From a bacterium (GTDB lineage: Bacteria > DRYD01): 64,000 nucleotides of DNA. The notes beneath the pieces were generated by a model that was not told the origin of the DNA, made no database searches, and was given only the letters and a program-made list of their open reading frames with translations. Where the stretch lies: the NCBI GenBank assembly GCA_039630415.1, contig JBCNVB010000013.1, forward strand, positions 64,001 through 128,000. Reading direction: 5' to 3'. This document shows, piece by piece, positions 29,925 through 40,826 of the stretch. Both the position numbers and the translations under genes were made by a program. Position 1 is the stretch's first letter; the number at the start of each line of letters is the position of its first letter.

Positions 29925-30846
29925 CTACAATACCCCTCACAAATAACCAAACCCTACAAACAAAAAAAACAAACCACTCTTTATTGTCAATCTCATACCT
30001 GCTTAAATAAATATCAGGTTTTAAACGAGAATGTGGTTCTAACTCTAAACCAAAACTTACAAAACCATTAGAATAAACAATACTCAATCCATTTATGTCA
30101 TATATACCCTGTACATAAGGCTTACCATATGTCAAATCCCCAAATATCAATGCTCTTCTTTTTAGTACACCAGGTATAACTTCGGCAGCACTAACCGTAC
30201 TATCATCCTGTAAAACTACTACAAAATTTTTTGTAAACAAATCACCATAGTCAGAAGTACTATAAAAGTTCTGCGTTAACACCTTACCCTTCTTTAGCAA
30301 ATTTACTGAAAATAAATAACTATTGGCTGGTAAAAACATACTGCAAAAGTAAGCAGCAGACCACAAACTACCACCCATATTCATCGTAACATCTATTACT
30401 ACTAAACCATCATCAATTATCTTCGATTTTAAATAATCCCTATATTTCCTTGCCATGTTAGGACCTATCTCAAAAAATGATATGTAATAGACTCTAAAAC
30501 CACCAATATTGTATACCCTAAGCTCAAAATCTCTATCAACACTTCTTTCTTGATAGTACCCGGATTCTACTATATCCTTCTTCCTTATCTGCAAAAAAGG
30601 ATCCTCAGTAATCAAATATACAGTCCTCTTTAAACTATCTTCCAAAGAATGATTTTCCCCTACTTGATTCAGAAAATATCTCTTTGCATCTTCTAGAGAA
30701 TATAAACTCCTCTTAACAAAAATATTTTCATAATATATTTTCTCTATACAGTACAGATATTTTTCTACTGTTTGTGATAGTGAAATTTCGCATGTAAAGT
30801 ATAAACACAAGCAAAAAAAAATCATAACTTTCTCTGACTGTTTCAT
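29914..30846 (-). CDS. S41 family (CtpA-like) peptidase, no obvious PDZ domain
   Basis: IDVTMNMGGSL, TVSAAEV, GDLTYGKPYVQ, LKPDI; signal peptide. Confidence 0.78.
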   Translation of the reverse strand: MKQSEKVMIFFCLCLYFTCEISLSQTVEKYLYCIEKIYYENIFVKRSLYSLEDAKRYFLNQVGENHSLEDSLKRTVYLITEDPFLQIRKKDIVESGYYQERSVDRDFELRVYNIGGFRVYYISFFEIGPNMARKYRDYLKSKIIDDGLVVIDVTMNMGGSLWSAAYFCSMFLPANSYLFSVNLLKKGKVLTQNFYSTSDYGDLFTKNFVVVLQDDSTVSAAEVIPGVLKRRALIFGDLTYGKPYVQGIYDINGLSIVYSNGFVSFGLELEPHSRLKPDIYLSRYEIDNKEWFVFFVCRVWLFVRGIVEGG

Positions 30847-31634
30847 AAAGCAATTGACTTAGTAAATTCAATAATTTTATCGTGAATAAAACCATTAGAA
30901 GCTACTATAGTTTTACTCCATAAATTATAGGGATTACCATAGTAATCGGTAACCTTACCATTAGCTTCTTGAACAAGTAGGACACCAGCTGCAGTATCCC
31001 AAGGTTTGAGATCGGATTCCCAAAATCCATCAAAAACTCCCAATGCCGTGTAAGCTAAATCAATAGCTGCACTACCTGCTCTTCTTACTGCTTCTGTGTT
31101 AATTGAAATTTTTTTGAATAACTCCACATGAGGATCGGGATTTTGAGCTAGAGCATAACCAAAACCTGTAGCTAATACACTACTTCTTAAATCACTAGTA
31201 TCCGAAACCACTATCCTTCTATCATTACAAAAACTTCCATTACCTTTTTCAGCAATAAATAGCTCATCTAAAACGGGAATATATATCACTCCAATTATGA
31301 TTTCTCCATCCTTTACAAGTGCAATCGATATACAAAACATTGGAAACCCTTTCCTAAAATTAACAGTTCCATCTATAGGATCTATAATCCACCAAAAACC
31401 ATCAAAATCAACTTTTCCAGATTTGTAATCCTCTTCCGCCAAAATTCTATGATTTTTAAAATTAGACAATATTGTATTCTTTATTTTTTCTTGACACATC
31501 AAATCAGCTTCGGTTACTGGGTTTCTATCTTCTTTGTAAGTATATTTTAGACTTTTTCTATAAAATTTTTTTGCTATCTCAGCTGCTTTATAAGCTGCTT
31601 CTACAGCAACAGTAGTATATATTCCCAACTTCAT
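30843..31634 (-). CDS. suhB: Inositol monophosphatase family protein
   Basis: VTEAD, ILAEE, WIIDPIDGTVNF, RRAGSAAIDL, WDTAAG. Confidence 0.92.
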   Translation of the reverse strand: MKLGIYTTVAVEAAYKAAEIAKKFYRKSLKYTYKEDRNPVTEADLMCQEKIKNTILSNFKNHRILAEEDYKSGKVDFDGFWWIIDPIDGTVNFRKGFPMFCISIALVKDGEIIIGVIYIPVLDELFIAEKGNGSFCNDRRIVVSDTSDLRSSVLATGFGYALAQNPDPHVELFKKISINTEAVRRAGSAAIDLAYTALGVFDGFWESDLKPWDTAAGVLLVQEANGKVTDYYGNPYNLWSKTIVASNGFIHDKIIEFTKSIAL

Positions 31635-31644
31635 CTTTCTACTT

Positions 31645-32049
31645 CTAGTGAATTATCTGTATATAGATTTTTCTGTTTCTTGGCCCATCAAATTCACAAA
31701 AGAAGATACCCTGCCATGAACCAAGAACCACTTTCCCTTTAGTTATTATTAAACTAACCGAATTACCTAAAATTGAAGATTTTATATGAGCATCTGCATT
31801 CCCTTCCATGTGATGATATTTCCTATCCCTGGGTATATATGATTCTAGAAAATCAAGAATATCTTTTCTAACTGCTGGATCAGCATTTTCGTTTATAATA
31901 CATGCTGCAGTTGTATGCGGAACATACAATACAGCTATACCTTCCTCAATATTCTCCGATCTAACTTTTTCCTCAATTACCTTAATTATCCTCTCTGTTA
32001 TGTCTATCATCTCTTGTTGGTTTCTTGTAGTTATATTTAATTCTATCAT
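31645..32049 (-). CDS. yjbQ: YjbQ/UPF0047 family protein
   Basis: PHTTA..INENADP, HMEGNADAHIKS, LGSWQGIFFCEFDGPR. Confidence 0.92.
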   Translation of the reverse strand: MIELNITTRNQQEMIDITERIIKVIEEKVRSENIEEGIAVLYVPHTTAACIINENADPAVRKDILDFLESYIPRDRKYHHMEGNADAHIKSSILGNSVSLIITKGKVVLGSWQGIFFCEFDGPRNRKIYIQIIH

Positions 32050-32798
32050 ACGTTTCCTCCCAACTCTTGTCTATCAGCTCTCTTTATCCATATCAATAGG
32101 ACAAACCCAACAATAATCATCATAATGCAAAAAATCTGAGCTGAAGACAAGTTAAGCATTACAATATTTGACTCTCTAAAGAACTCAACGAAAAATCTTA
32201 TAAAACCATATCCAATAAAAAAACTACCCAGAAAAGTACCAGGTTGGTTATATCTTTTTAATAAATACAAAAAGTAAAGAAACAGCATGAGCGAAAGTAA
32301 ACTTTCAATAATCTGTGTTGGGTATCTTGTTGTTCCATTAATAAATACACCCCAACTACTTGGCTTACCATAACAGCAACCCGCAAATAAACAAGCTAAT
32401 CTGCCAACAAATATACTAAATGGACTTACAAAAGAAAATAAGTCAGCTAATGCTAGAAAATTAAACTTAAATAAAAAACTAGCAAAGTATAGAACTAGTG
32501 CGGAAAAGATAATCGATCCAATTATTGTTAAACCACCACTATGAGGATCTATTATATAAACCATAAAATCAAATAAACTATCCACTTCTTCTCTATTAAT
32601 TATTAAAAAGCCCAGCTTCCCACCTATATACATCGAAAATACCAGAACAATAGTATAATTGAAAACCCTACTAAATTCCAAGCCAAACCTATTGCAAAAT
32701 CTAGAAAGTAAATACACAGAAAGTAGTAAATCTAGGTAAAGTATGGTCCCGTATGTATAAACCGTTAGATTACCTATTTTCAAGAGTACCGGATACAT
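32046..32798 (-). CDS. lgt: Prolipoprotein diacylglyceryl transferase
   Basis: MYPVLLKIG..VYTYG, GRLACLFAGCCYG, RYPTQIIE, RFFVEFFR. Confidence 0.9.
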   Translation of the reverse strand: MYPVLLKIGNLTVYTYGTILYLDLLLSVYLLSRFCNRFGLEFSRVFNYTIVLVFSMYIGGKLGFLIINREEVDSLFDFMVYIIDPHSGGLTIIGSIIFSALVLYFASFLFKFNFLALADLFSFVSPFSIFVGRLACLFAGCCYGKPSSWGVFINGTTRYPTQIIESLLSLMLFLYFLYLLKRYNQPGTFLGSFFIGYGFIRFFVEFFRESNIVMLNLSSAQIFCIMMIIVGFVLLIWIKRADRQELGGNV

Positions 32799-34311
32799 AA
32801 TTGAGTACTATTTTAACCCCTAGATAGCCGTTTTCATAGAAAATCTCCGTAGGAGTGCTATTGATAACCGATATTTCTTTTATAATATTTATTCCCAATC
32901 CTTTGGTGTCCTTCAAACCACTAAATATATCCTTAACCGATTTATACTTTTCATAATCTGCCCTATTTTTTACAATAACAAAAACCTTACTAGAATCAGA
33001 TTCAATAAGATTAATCTTTACATCATCTGAATTTTTAGTTGCATTATCCAAAACATTGAAAAACATTTGTTGAAACAATTCCACATCAACTTCTACTTTT
33101 CTATCCCTATTCATAACTTTAGGTTCTTCGAATTCTATTTTAGGAGAAAACAATAAAATGGTATCTTGGATTAAAGTAATTATCTCTTCAATGGTAACTA
33201 AACTTTTGTTAACGGAAATTTTTCTAAGCTTAATCTTAGCAAAGTTAAGATATCTATTCACCATTTGATTGATCTTATCCAGATATTTTATAGCATTTGC
33301 TATTTCGGAAGTTTGTTCAACATTTGATAATATTGATTTAACCACAGCTATTGGAGTTCTTAAATCATGAGATATCTCACTTAAAAACTTTATCTTTATC
33401 TTCTCCACCTCGTATATCTCTGTAAAGTCAATCACTATTATCAGTAAATCTTGTTCAATCTCAACTCTTATAACCCTAAACTTCCTATCTTTATAGTCAA
33501 GAATTTCTTTTTCTAAATTATCCAACACATAGCTAATATCGAGGTCATAGGGATTATTAAAAAACTTAACACTTTTTAATTCTGCCCTGCTATCTTTTAA
33601 TAAAAAAACTGAAAAAGGCAAAGACTTGAGAAGATTAATTAGGTTATTTTTCATAATCTTTACACTTTTGAATACCTTTAAAAGCTCATCTTTATATGTA
33701 TAATCTATATCATAAGTGAAGTTACCTGAAGCAACTTCTGTTGAAAATTTACTAACTAAACTTAACCTACTCTGTATTAATCCACTTACCAGAAGTGAAA
33801 ATAATATCGATACAATAATGTAAACGGGCAAAAGTAAAAAATATACCTTAACGATATTTTTTCTAAATTCTCTTATACTCCCTAAGTCAATTTCCAGCGC
33901 TAAACCAAAATCTTTACCATTCATGTATACCAAGCAAAAATAAGTTATAATAAAGTTTTTCCAATCTACAATTGTTTTATCATTCCCGAATCTATACTGC
34001 TTGACAAATTCATCATCCACTTCAAAGTAGTAAGGAAAATAAAAAAGAACATTATAGCTTTTATCGAAAATGATAAAGTATGAATATTCGGGTAAATAAG
34101 GCATAACACTTATAATGTAATCTACACTTAAGGAACTAATGTTGGTATTCTCTAAGTTAGATTTCAATAACTGTCCGTAAGACTCTATTTCTCTTTTTTT
34201 TATCTCTACATAGTACCCAGTAGAAATACTCAAAAAGATAAATAGCATCAAAAGTGATAAAAACAAAGAAAAAATAAACGAAAATACAAATGAAATTGCC
34301 CTAATTGACAT
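32770..34311 (-). CDS. Membrane sensor histidine kinase (HAMP, HisKA, degenerate HATPase), orphan
   Basis: Two TMs; HAMP GNFTYDIDYTYKDEL; H-box SEISHDLRTPI; N-box NVLDNATK. Confidence 0.82.
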   Translation of the reverse strand: MSIRAISFVFSFIFSLFLSLLMLFIFLSISTGYYVEIKKREIESYGQLLKSNLENTNISSLSVDYIISVMPYLPEYSYFIIFDKSYNVLFYFPYYFEVDDEFVKQYRFGNDKTIVDWKNFIITYFCLVYMNGKDFGLALEIDLGSIREFRKNIVKVYFLLLPVYIIVSILFSLLVSGLIQSRLSLVSKFSTEVASGNFTYDIDYTYKDELLKVFKSVKIMKNNLINLLKSLPFSVFLLKDSRAELKSVKFFNNPYDLDISYVLDNLEKEILDYKDRKFRVIRVEIEQDLLIIVIDFTEIYEVEKIKIKFLSEISHDLRTPIAVVKSILSNVEQTSEIANAIKYLDKINQMVNRYLNFAKIKLRKISVNKSLVTIEEIITLIQDTILLFSPKIEFEEPKVMNRDRKVEVDVELFQQMFFNVLDNATKNSDDVKINLIESDSSKVFVIVKNRADYEKYKSVKDIFSGLKDTKGLGINIIKEISVINSTPTEIFYENGYLGVKIVLNYVSGTLENR

Positions 34312-34316
34312 GCAAT

Positions 34317-35360
34317 TTAAGTTTCCAAGTTAGAAATTACTCGTTGAGTAAATTCCCAAGTTGACAAATAATTGTTAGGACTTAAATCAAAAGTAAAATA
34401 TCCCCGGCTTAACGTTTTGATTACTGCTCGGTAAATAAGGTCGTAAATATGATCGTTATTTAATGAGTATTTAAACATTAAGCCTAACGAAAGGATAGCA
34501 CCTACTGGATTGGCTTTGTTTTGACCTGCTATATCAGGAGCAGACCCATGAATAGGCTCATAAAGAGCTCTTCTAGACGATATACTCGCTGAAGGAAGTA
34601 ATCCTATACTACCAACTAATACCGCAGCCTCATCTGTTAATATATCTCCAAATAAATTCTCAGTAACTACAACATCAAAATACCATGGCTTAAGGATTAA
34701 ATTCATCGCAAAAGAATCTACCAAATGATGTTCTACTTTTACATCTTCATACTCTTTACTTACTTCATTAACTACTTCTCTCCACAATTTTGAAGAAGCC
34801 AGTACATTCGCCTTATCAACACTAACCAAGAATTTTTTTCTTTGTCTTGCAAACTCAAAAGCTATTTTTACAACCCTTCTTATCTCTTGATCTGTATATT
34901 TTAATACGTCAATTGCAACTTTGCCTTTTGCAGATTGATATATCTTCTTTTTACCAAAATATATACCTCCTGTTAGCTCTCTAACGAAGAGTATATTGAA
35001 CTGTGTATTTGTTTTATTACTTTTAACTGGGAGATCAAATATAGGTCTAATATTAGCGAAAACACCCATTTTTTTACGAAGTTCAAGTAGTCCCTGTTCT
35101 GGCCTTACCTGATTCTTTTCCCACTTAGGTCCACCTACTGCACCCAATAAAACTATTCCATACTTTACAGCTTTTTCTATAGTTTCTTTCCTTATAGGAA
35201 CTCCAAACTTATCTATACATACACCACCTATATAGTCCCTCTCTATCTCAATACCAAGCTCAAATTTTTGATTCAAAAGGTTTAAAATCTCAACCGCACA
35301 AGATGTAACTTCCGGACCTATACCATCTCCCTCGAGTACTAATATTTTAGTCTTCTTCAT
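34317..35360 (-). CDS. leuB: 3-isopropylmalate dehydrogenase
   Basis: GDGIGPEV, LLGAVGGPKW, RELTGGIYFG, VDKANVL, ENLFGDILTD, YEPIHGSAPDIAG. Confidence 0.95.
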   Translation of the reverse strand: MKKTKILVLEGDGIGPEVTSCAVEILNLLNQKFELGIEIERDYIGGVCIDKFGVPIRKETIEKAVKYGIVLLGAVGGPKWEKNQVRPEQGLLELRKKMGVFANIRPIFDLPVKSNKTNTQFNILFVRELTGGIYFGKKKIYQSAKGKVAIDVLKYTDQEIRRVVKIAFEFARQRKKFLVSVDKANVLASSKLWREVVNEVSKEYEDVKVEHHLVDSFAMNLILKPWYFDVVVTENLFGDILTDEAAVLVGSIGLLPSASISSRRALYEPIHGSAPDIAGQNKANPVGAILSLGLMFKYSLNNDHIYDLIYRAVIKTLSRGYFTFDLSPNNYLSTWEFTQRVISNLET

Positions 35361-35365
35361 AGTCT

Positions 35366-35788
35366 TTATTGGCTATTAGTAATTTTTTGTTTTATTTTTT
35401 CAAAATTGGCATTAAGTATAATCTGATCATTTATGCATGCTACCGGATATTGAGCACAACATTTGTAACAATAAGCTGTTTTAACTTCTATACCTGGTAT
35501 ATTTGTAAGTTCATTAATTAATTCCTTCCCACCATTAAAATAACATGAAGTTCCGTTACATACGTAAACTTCAGTTTTTTGGGGTTTCCAAAACCTAAAA
35601 TCTTTGAAAAATGATATAGATGAGTATGCTTCTGAATAAAATATTCCCATCTGATCACATAGCTCTTTTAAAACTTCTTTAGGGATGTAGTCAAAGCTTT
35701 CTTGAATGTCGAAAGCCATTTCTATCAATTTACTTCTGTCTTTACCGTATTTTTCTAGGATTGATTGTATTATTTTAGAGTTTTCCAT
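35366..35788 (-). CDS. NuoE/HydC-like 2Fe-2S subunit
   Basis: DIQESFDYIP, SFFKDF, VCNGTSCYFNGG...CYKCCAQYP. Confidence 0.85.
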   Translation of the reverse strand: MENSKIIQSILEKYGKDRSKLIEMAFDIQESFDYIPKEVLKELCDQMGIFYSEAYSSISFFKDFRFWKPQKTEVYVCNGTSCYFNGGKELINELTNIPGIEVKTAYCYKCCAQYPVACINDQIILNANFEKIKQKITNSQ

Positions 35789-35798
35789 ATTGACCTCC

Positions 35799-36533
35799 TT
35801 ATTCTATTAGTTGGAATTTTTCACCTAGGTAATATTTCCTTGCTAATTCATTTTGTGCTATTTCCTCTTTTGTCCCTTGAACTATTACTTGACCATTTGA
35901 AATTATATACGCCCTATCCACTATTCTAAGGGTTTCGTAAACATTATGATCGGTAATGATAATACCTATATTTTTTCTTTTGAGATTGTATATAATGTTT
36001 TGTATTTGTTCAATTGTTATGGGATCGACACCACTAAAGGGCTCATCAAGTAAAAGGAATTTAGGATTAATAATCATAGTTCTTGCTATTTCTACTTTCC
36101 TTCTCTCTCCTCCGGATAGTGTATATCCTAAATTTTTTCTAACTTTCTCTAGATTGAAATCGGTAATTAATTCATCTATTTTCTGTTTTATTATGACTGG
36201 TGAGTTTTTGTAATGGTATTCCAGTACTAATCTAAAATTTTCCTCAACCGTTAAACCTCTAAATATTGAACTTTCCTGTGGAAGATAGGATATTCCATAA
36301 CTTGCTTTCTTAAAAAGGGGCATATAGGTTATATCAATATCATTGATAAATATTTTCCCACTATTTGGTTTAGTAAGCCCTACTAACATATAGAAAGTTG
36401 TAGTTTTACCTGCTCCATTAGGTCCGAGTAATCCAACGATCTCTCCTTGTCTTATTTCCAGACTAACATTATTTACAACAACCCTTCTGGAGTATATCTT
36501 TTTTAAATCAATCGCTCTCAAAACATTACTCAT
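35799..36533 (-). CDS. lptB: LPS export ABC transporter ATP-binding protein
   Basis: GLLGPNGAGKTTTFYM, YLPQESSIFR, LSGGERRKVEIAR, LDEPFSGVDP, ITDHNVYETL, YYLGEKF. Confidence 0.93.
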   Translation of the reverse strand: MSNVLRAIDLKKIYSRRVVVNNVSLEIRQGEIVGLLGPNGAGKTTTFYMLVGLTKPNSGKIFINDIDITYMPLFKKASYGISYLPQESSIFRGLTVEENFRLVLEYHYKNSPVIIKQKIDELITDFNLEKVRKNLGYTLSGGERRKVEIARTMIINPKFLLLDEPFSGVDPITIEQIQNIIYNLKRKNIGIIITDHNVYETLRIVDRAYIISNGQVIVQGTKEEIAQNELARKYYLGEKFQLIE

Positions 36534-37441
36534 AAAGTATTGAAATTCTTTGAAAGAACGATAAATTGTGGTTCTTTATCGTTTAAAACTAAAATAAAAC
36601 CATCACTAAATTTATCCATGTATACCACTTCATTTTCAAACACATTACTTTCTCTAACAGATCCATCAATCTTTGCTAACCTTATTATATTACTCTTGTC
36701 ATATAAAACTATTTCTTTCTCTTCAAAATCAAACCATATCTTATGATAGTTCCCCTCTAACTCAATTCTTTTCATTTCTAGGCCACTTAAGGTATAAAAA
36801 GAAAGTCTCCTTTTTATAGAAGATAGATAGTGCAAAATAACATACTTATTGGAAGAAATATCTAAACTATAAATCGTATGATCCATTTTTATATTTTTTC
36901 TGGAAATAAATCTAAAACCAAAAAAGTTACTAATCTTGAAAATTGAGATGAAAAGATTATTAGCTACGTAGATTTGATTATTTTTCACCACAAAATCAAA
37001 AAATCTTGAAAGTTCAGTTTGGAGAACCAATTTTATGCTTTTGTTGTCTTTTCTGTAATTGAATAACTTAAGTGAATACCTAGTAAATACAATAAAGTTT
37101 GTTTCTCTGTCATTTTCAGAAAGTACTTTTATATTTTTTATTTGTTCCTTGAAGCCAAATTCCGCTTCCTTATTGATAGAGTTAACGTCTATAATCGCTA
37201 TCCTATCCTGTTTTTGAAATACCAGTTTGTCTTTTGAAATGAAAAAAACACTTTCATAATAATCATTCAGTTCTTGTTTTTTTATTAATTTTTGTTGTTT
37301 AAGATCAAATAAGTATAGATTATTGTAGTTTTTGAGAAAGCAAAATAGATTGTTATTTGGGCATACACCTGCTTTACTAAAATTCAAAAGTAGGATTACT
37401 GTAATGATTAGACTATGAATCAGTACCTTTAATATTTTCAT
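36530..37441 (-). CDS. Hypothetical exported, beta-rich protein
   Basis: Signal peptide-like N-terminus; ATGA-coupled to lptB. Confidence 0.65.
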   Translation of the reverse strand: MKILKVLIHSLIITVILLLNFSKAGVCPNNNLFCFLKNYNNLYLFDLKQQKLIKKQELNDYYESVFFISKDKLVFQKQDRIAIIDVNSINKEAEFGFKEQIKNIKVLSENDRETNFIVFTRYSLKLFNYRKDNKSIKLVLQTELSRFFDFVVKNNQIYVANNLFISIFKISNFFGFRFISRKNIKMDHTIYSLDISSNKYVILHYLSSIKRRLSFYTLSGLEMKRIELEGNYHKIWFDFEEKEIVLYDKSNIIRLAKIDGSVRESNVFENEVVYMDKFSDGFILVLNDKEPQFIVLSKNFNTL

Positions 37442-37447
37442 TTCTTA

Positions 37448-39052
37448 TTAATTTTCTACTATTGGTATCAGCTTAGTTTGCTCTAATTTATATTCGTTTT
37501 GACAATAGGTACACTTTGAGTAATTGTTTTCAAATTTAAGAGTAGTACCGCATTTACATACCCATCCTATCTGTCTTGCGGGTACACCTACAACTAGTGC
37601 GTAATCTGGTACATCTCGATTTACAACAGCACCTGCTCCAATAAAGGAAAATTTACCTATTGTTACACCACATACTATGGTGGCATTCGCTCCTATCGTA
37701 GCCCCCCTCTTTACTAAAGTTTTTCTAAACTCATGCTTTCTTTCTATAAAAGCTCTAGGATTATAAACATTCGTAAACACGCATGATGGACCACAAAAAA
37801 CTTCATCCTCTAATTCTACTCCCTTGTATATCGATACATTATTTTGAATCTTACATCTATTCCCTATTTTAACATCTGGACCTATCATTACATTCTGTCC
37901 TATTATAACTCCTTCTCCTATTTCAGTATTTTTTAAAATATGACAAAAATGCCATATTTTTGTATTTCTTCCTATCTTTACATTTTCATCTATATAACTA
38001 CTAGGGTGAACATAAAACTCCTGTCTATAATTTATACAAGCATGATCTAAATCAATTTTTGAGGATTTTTCAAATTTTCCAGCTTTAAGACAATCTTCTG
38101 CTTTTTTTATTATTCTTAGGACTCTTATAGCTTCATCGGCGTTTGTTAAGGGCTCTGTTTTATTAATAATACAGTCAAGAAAATGATTCAATTCCAGATA
38201 TAGTGGTTCTTCCGTAGAAACAGGTACTACTTTACACTCTTCTTTTTTTGCCATGGGTACTTTACCATTTTTCCACTCCACTTTATGAGGATAGAAAAAT
38301 AATTTTTCCTTAGTTAAATCATCAAAAACCAGCATACCTTCTGATCCTACAATAGTTAGTTTATGCTCTTTGTACGGGTTAAGCCAGCTGACAAATATAT
38401 GGGCTTTTATATTTTGACTAAACTCAAGAGTTGTAAGTGTTATATCAAAAACATTAGGCGTAATATGAGAAATCCCAAAAGCTTCTACTTTTAATGGCTC
38501 TTCCTGAAGAATATACAAAATTAGAGATATATCATGTGGTGCAAAAGACCAAAGGATGTTTTCTTCTGTTCTTAATTTCCCCCAATTCAATCTATTCGAA
38601 AATAAATAAATTATTTTACCGATTTCCCCTTGATGTATTATTTGTTTTATCTTATTTATTGCAGGATGATACAATAACAAGTGTCCTACCATTAGGCAAA
38701 TTCCCTTTTGTTTTGATAGCTTCCTCAATTCCTCTGCCTCTTCTATGTTTAATGATAAAGGTTTTTCTACAAATGTATGTACATTGTTTAGTATAAATTT
38801 TTTGGCTATTGAGTAGTGGGTAGAAGCTGGAGTTGATATTACAACTGCATCACAATCGTACATGTCTTCAATACTTCTAGCTATCGACAAACTTATTTCC
38901 TGATCTTTATACTTACCTACTATATTCTCAACTTTTGAATGATCTATATCAAAAATGACTATCTGAGTTATTTTATTTTGTTTATGGATATGAACTAAGT
39001 TTCTGAAAATATTTTCTCCCCAGTAACCAAGACCTATTTGACCTATCTTCAT
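37448..39052 (-). CDS. Fusion of a Gfo/Idh/MocA oxidoreductase with a WbpD/WlbB-like hexapeptide N-acetyltransferase
   Basis: GLGYWG, VEKP, VGHLL, APHD; then [46 protein letters not shown]. Confidence 0.9.
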   Translation of the reverse strand: MKIGQIGLGYWGENIFRNLVHIHKQNKITQIVIFDIDHSKVENIVGKYKDQEISLSIARSIEDMYDCDAVVISTPASTHYSIAKKFILNNVHTFVEKPLSLNIEEAEELRKLSKQKGICLMVGHLLLYHPAINKIKQIIHQGEIGKIIYLFSNRLNWGKLRTEENILWSFAPHDISLILYILQEEPLKVEAFGISHITPNVFDITLTTLEFSQNIKAHIFVSWLNPYKEHKLTIVGSEGMLVFDDLTKEKLFFYPHKVEWKNGKVPMAKKEECKVVPVSTEEPLYLELNHFLDCIINKTEPLTNADEAIRVLRIIKKAEDCLKAGKFEKSSKIDLDHACINYRQEFYVHPSSYIDENVKIGRNTKIWHFCHILKNTEIGEGVIIGQNVMIGPDVKIGNRCKIQNNVSIYKGVELEDEVFCGPSCVFTNVYNPRAFIERKHEFRKTLVKRGATIGANATIVCGVTIGKFSFIGAGAVVNRDVPDYALVVGVPARQIGWVCKCGTTLKFENNYSKCTYCQNEYKLEQTKLIPIVEN

Positions 39053-39131
39053 TGGTTATATATTTCTACAAAACCTACTATAATCTTCCTACAATGCAAG
39101 AAAAAGATAATATTTGTTGAATTTTGCCAAT

Positions 39132-40232
39132 ATGGATAGTGAAGTAATTCAAGAATTGTTAAAATTAGTACGGATAAGATCTGTAAGTGGTAGAGAAAAT
39201 GAATTAGCTGATTACATATCTCAACAAATCCCTTCAGACCTTAATATAATAAGAAAAAGAAATACAATTGTGGCTTATAGAAGTTTGAAAAATCACATTG
39301 CTCTAGTTGGACATATTGATACAGTCGATAACGTCAATACTAAAAATGGGTTAATAGAAGGGGATAGATTGTACGGTCTAGGAGCTAGTGATATGAAAGC
39401 TGGAATAGCAATTATTCTCCAACTAATTAAAGAATTCTATACTAAACCAGTACTATGGATATTCTATGATCAGGAAGAAAAAGATTATGATCTTAATGGA
39501 TTACAAATGGTATTTGAAGATTACTATGATCTCGTTAAGGAAATAGATTTTGCAGTAATACTAGAACCTACCTCAAACAACGTAGAGTTGGGATGTAATG
39601 GTGTTATTAACTATGGTTTATGGGTAAGGGGTAAATCCGGACATTCAGCTAGATTTCAATCATACCTAAACCCTTTCTACAAAACATTACCAATACTCAA
39701 TTACTTCAAAAACTATAAACCTAAGCTATATACTAGAAAAGTTCGCTTAAATGCTAAAAGTTACATTTTGCAATATTATTCAAACGCGGTAATAACTTTA
39801 TGTAGAGGGTGTAATGACTATAGTGGACAGGAAAATGTAAGAAATGTAGTACCGGAATACTGCTTCCTAAACTTAAACGTTAGATTTACTCCAAATAATG
39901 AATTAAGACAACTGGATCACAAATTTAGAAAAATTTTTGAAAGACTAGGTATTGACAAGGTAGAAATAATTGATTTTGCTCCAGCAGGAAAAATAATAAT
40001 CAATAAGCATTTAAAAAGATTCATGGAGTGGTATATTTCTAATGGTGTTGACATTAATATTTTGGCGAAGCAAGGATGGACAGATGTAGCTAGATTTACT
40101 TCTTATTCGATACCTGCTATTAATTTAGGTCCGGGCGACCCACTTCAAGCACACCAACAAAATGAATCTGTCTCTATTTCTAAAACCCTAAAACTATATA
40201 GCGTTCTTAGACAATATCTATCAGGGATATAA
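39132..40232 (+). CDS. dapE: Succinyl-diaminopimelate desuccinylase-like M20 hydrolase
   Basis: GHIDTV, GLGASDMKAG, YDQEE, LEPT..VELGCNG, GHSAR, KQGWTDVARF, GPGDPLQAH. Confidence 0.8.
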   Translation: MDSEVIQELLKLVRIRSVSGRENELADYISQQIPSDLNIIRKRNTIVAYRSLKNHIALVGHIDTVDNVNTKNGLIEGDRLYGLGASDMKAGIAIILQLIKEFYTKPVLWIFYDQEEKDYDLNGLQMVFEDYYDLVKEIDFAVILEPTSNNVELGCNGVINYGLWVRGKSGHSARFQSYLNPFYKTLPILNYFKNYKPKLYTRKVRLNAKSYILQYYSNAVITLCRGCNDYSGQENVRNVVPEYCFLNLNVRFTPNNELRQLDHKFRKIFERLGIDKVEIIDFAPAGKIIINKHLKRFMEWYISNGVDINILAKQGWTDVARFTSYSIPAINLGPGDPLQAHQQNESVSISKTLKLYSVLRQYLSGI

Positions 40233-40826
40233 ATATTTTTTGTACCACCTAGAATTTTTCTTGTAATACAGAATTCTTTTATGAAGCCTATGGGGTTTTT
40301 CTTTCCAAATTTCTATTTCTTCTGGTAAAATTATATAACCTCCCCAGTGCTCAGGCCTTTTCACTTCTTTGTCTTTGTACTCTTCTAGATATTTCTCAAA
40401 AAGTTGCATTAGTTTTTTATAGCTTTCTAACTCTTGTGATTGTTTGGATATAATTGCAGATATTTGTGATCCTTTGGGTCTGGTTTTAAAATATCTATCT
40501 GAAACTTCTGGTGGTACTTTTTGTGCAATACCTCTAATCCTTATTTGAATATCCATTTTTTCCCAATAGAATACCAGTGCTATATTTGGATTTTGTGATA
40601 ACTCTTGACCTTTTTGAGATTGGTAGTTAGTATAAAAAATTAGTCCTTCATCATTTATTTCTTTAATTAGTACACATCTACTGTTGGGTTTGTTGTTTAC
40701 GCAGGTTGATATTACTGCCACGTCAGGATACTTAAGACGTAGTTTTTGTGCTTTTTGATAGTAATATTTTACTATTTCTAGTGGGTTTTGGGGGGGTAGT
40801 CTTTTGCTTGATTTATTTTGTTTCAT
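40221..40826 (-). CDS. pdxH: Pyridoxamine 5'-phosphate oxidase
   Basis: PNSRCVLIK, FYTNYQSQKG, YFKTRPKGSQI, RPEHWGGY, RLHKR. Confidence 0.93.
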   Translation of the reverse strand: MKQNKSSKRLPPQNPLEIVKYYYQKAQKLRLKYPDVAVISTCVNNKPNSRCVLIKEINDEGLIFYTNYQSQKGQELSQNPNIALVFYWEKMDIQIRIRGIAQKVPPEVSDRYFKTRPKGSQISAIISKQSQELESYKKLMQLFEKYLEEYKDKEVKRPEHWGGYIILPEEIEIWKEKPHRLHKRILYYKKNSRWYKKYLYP

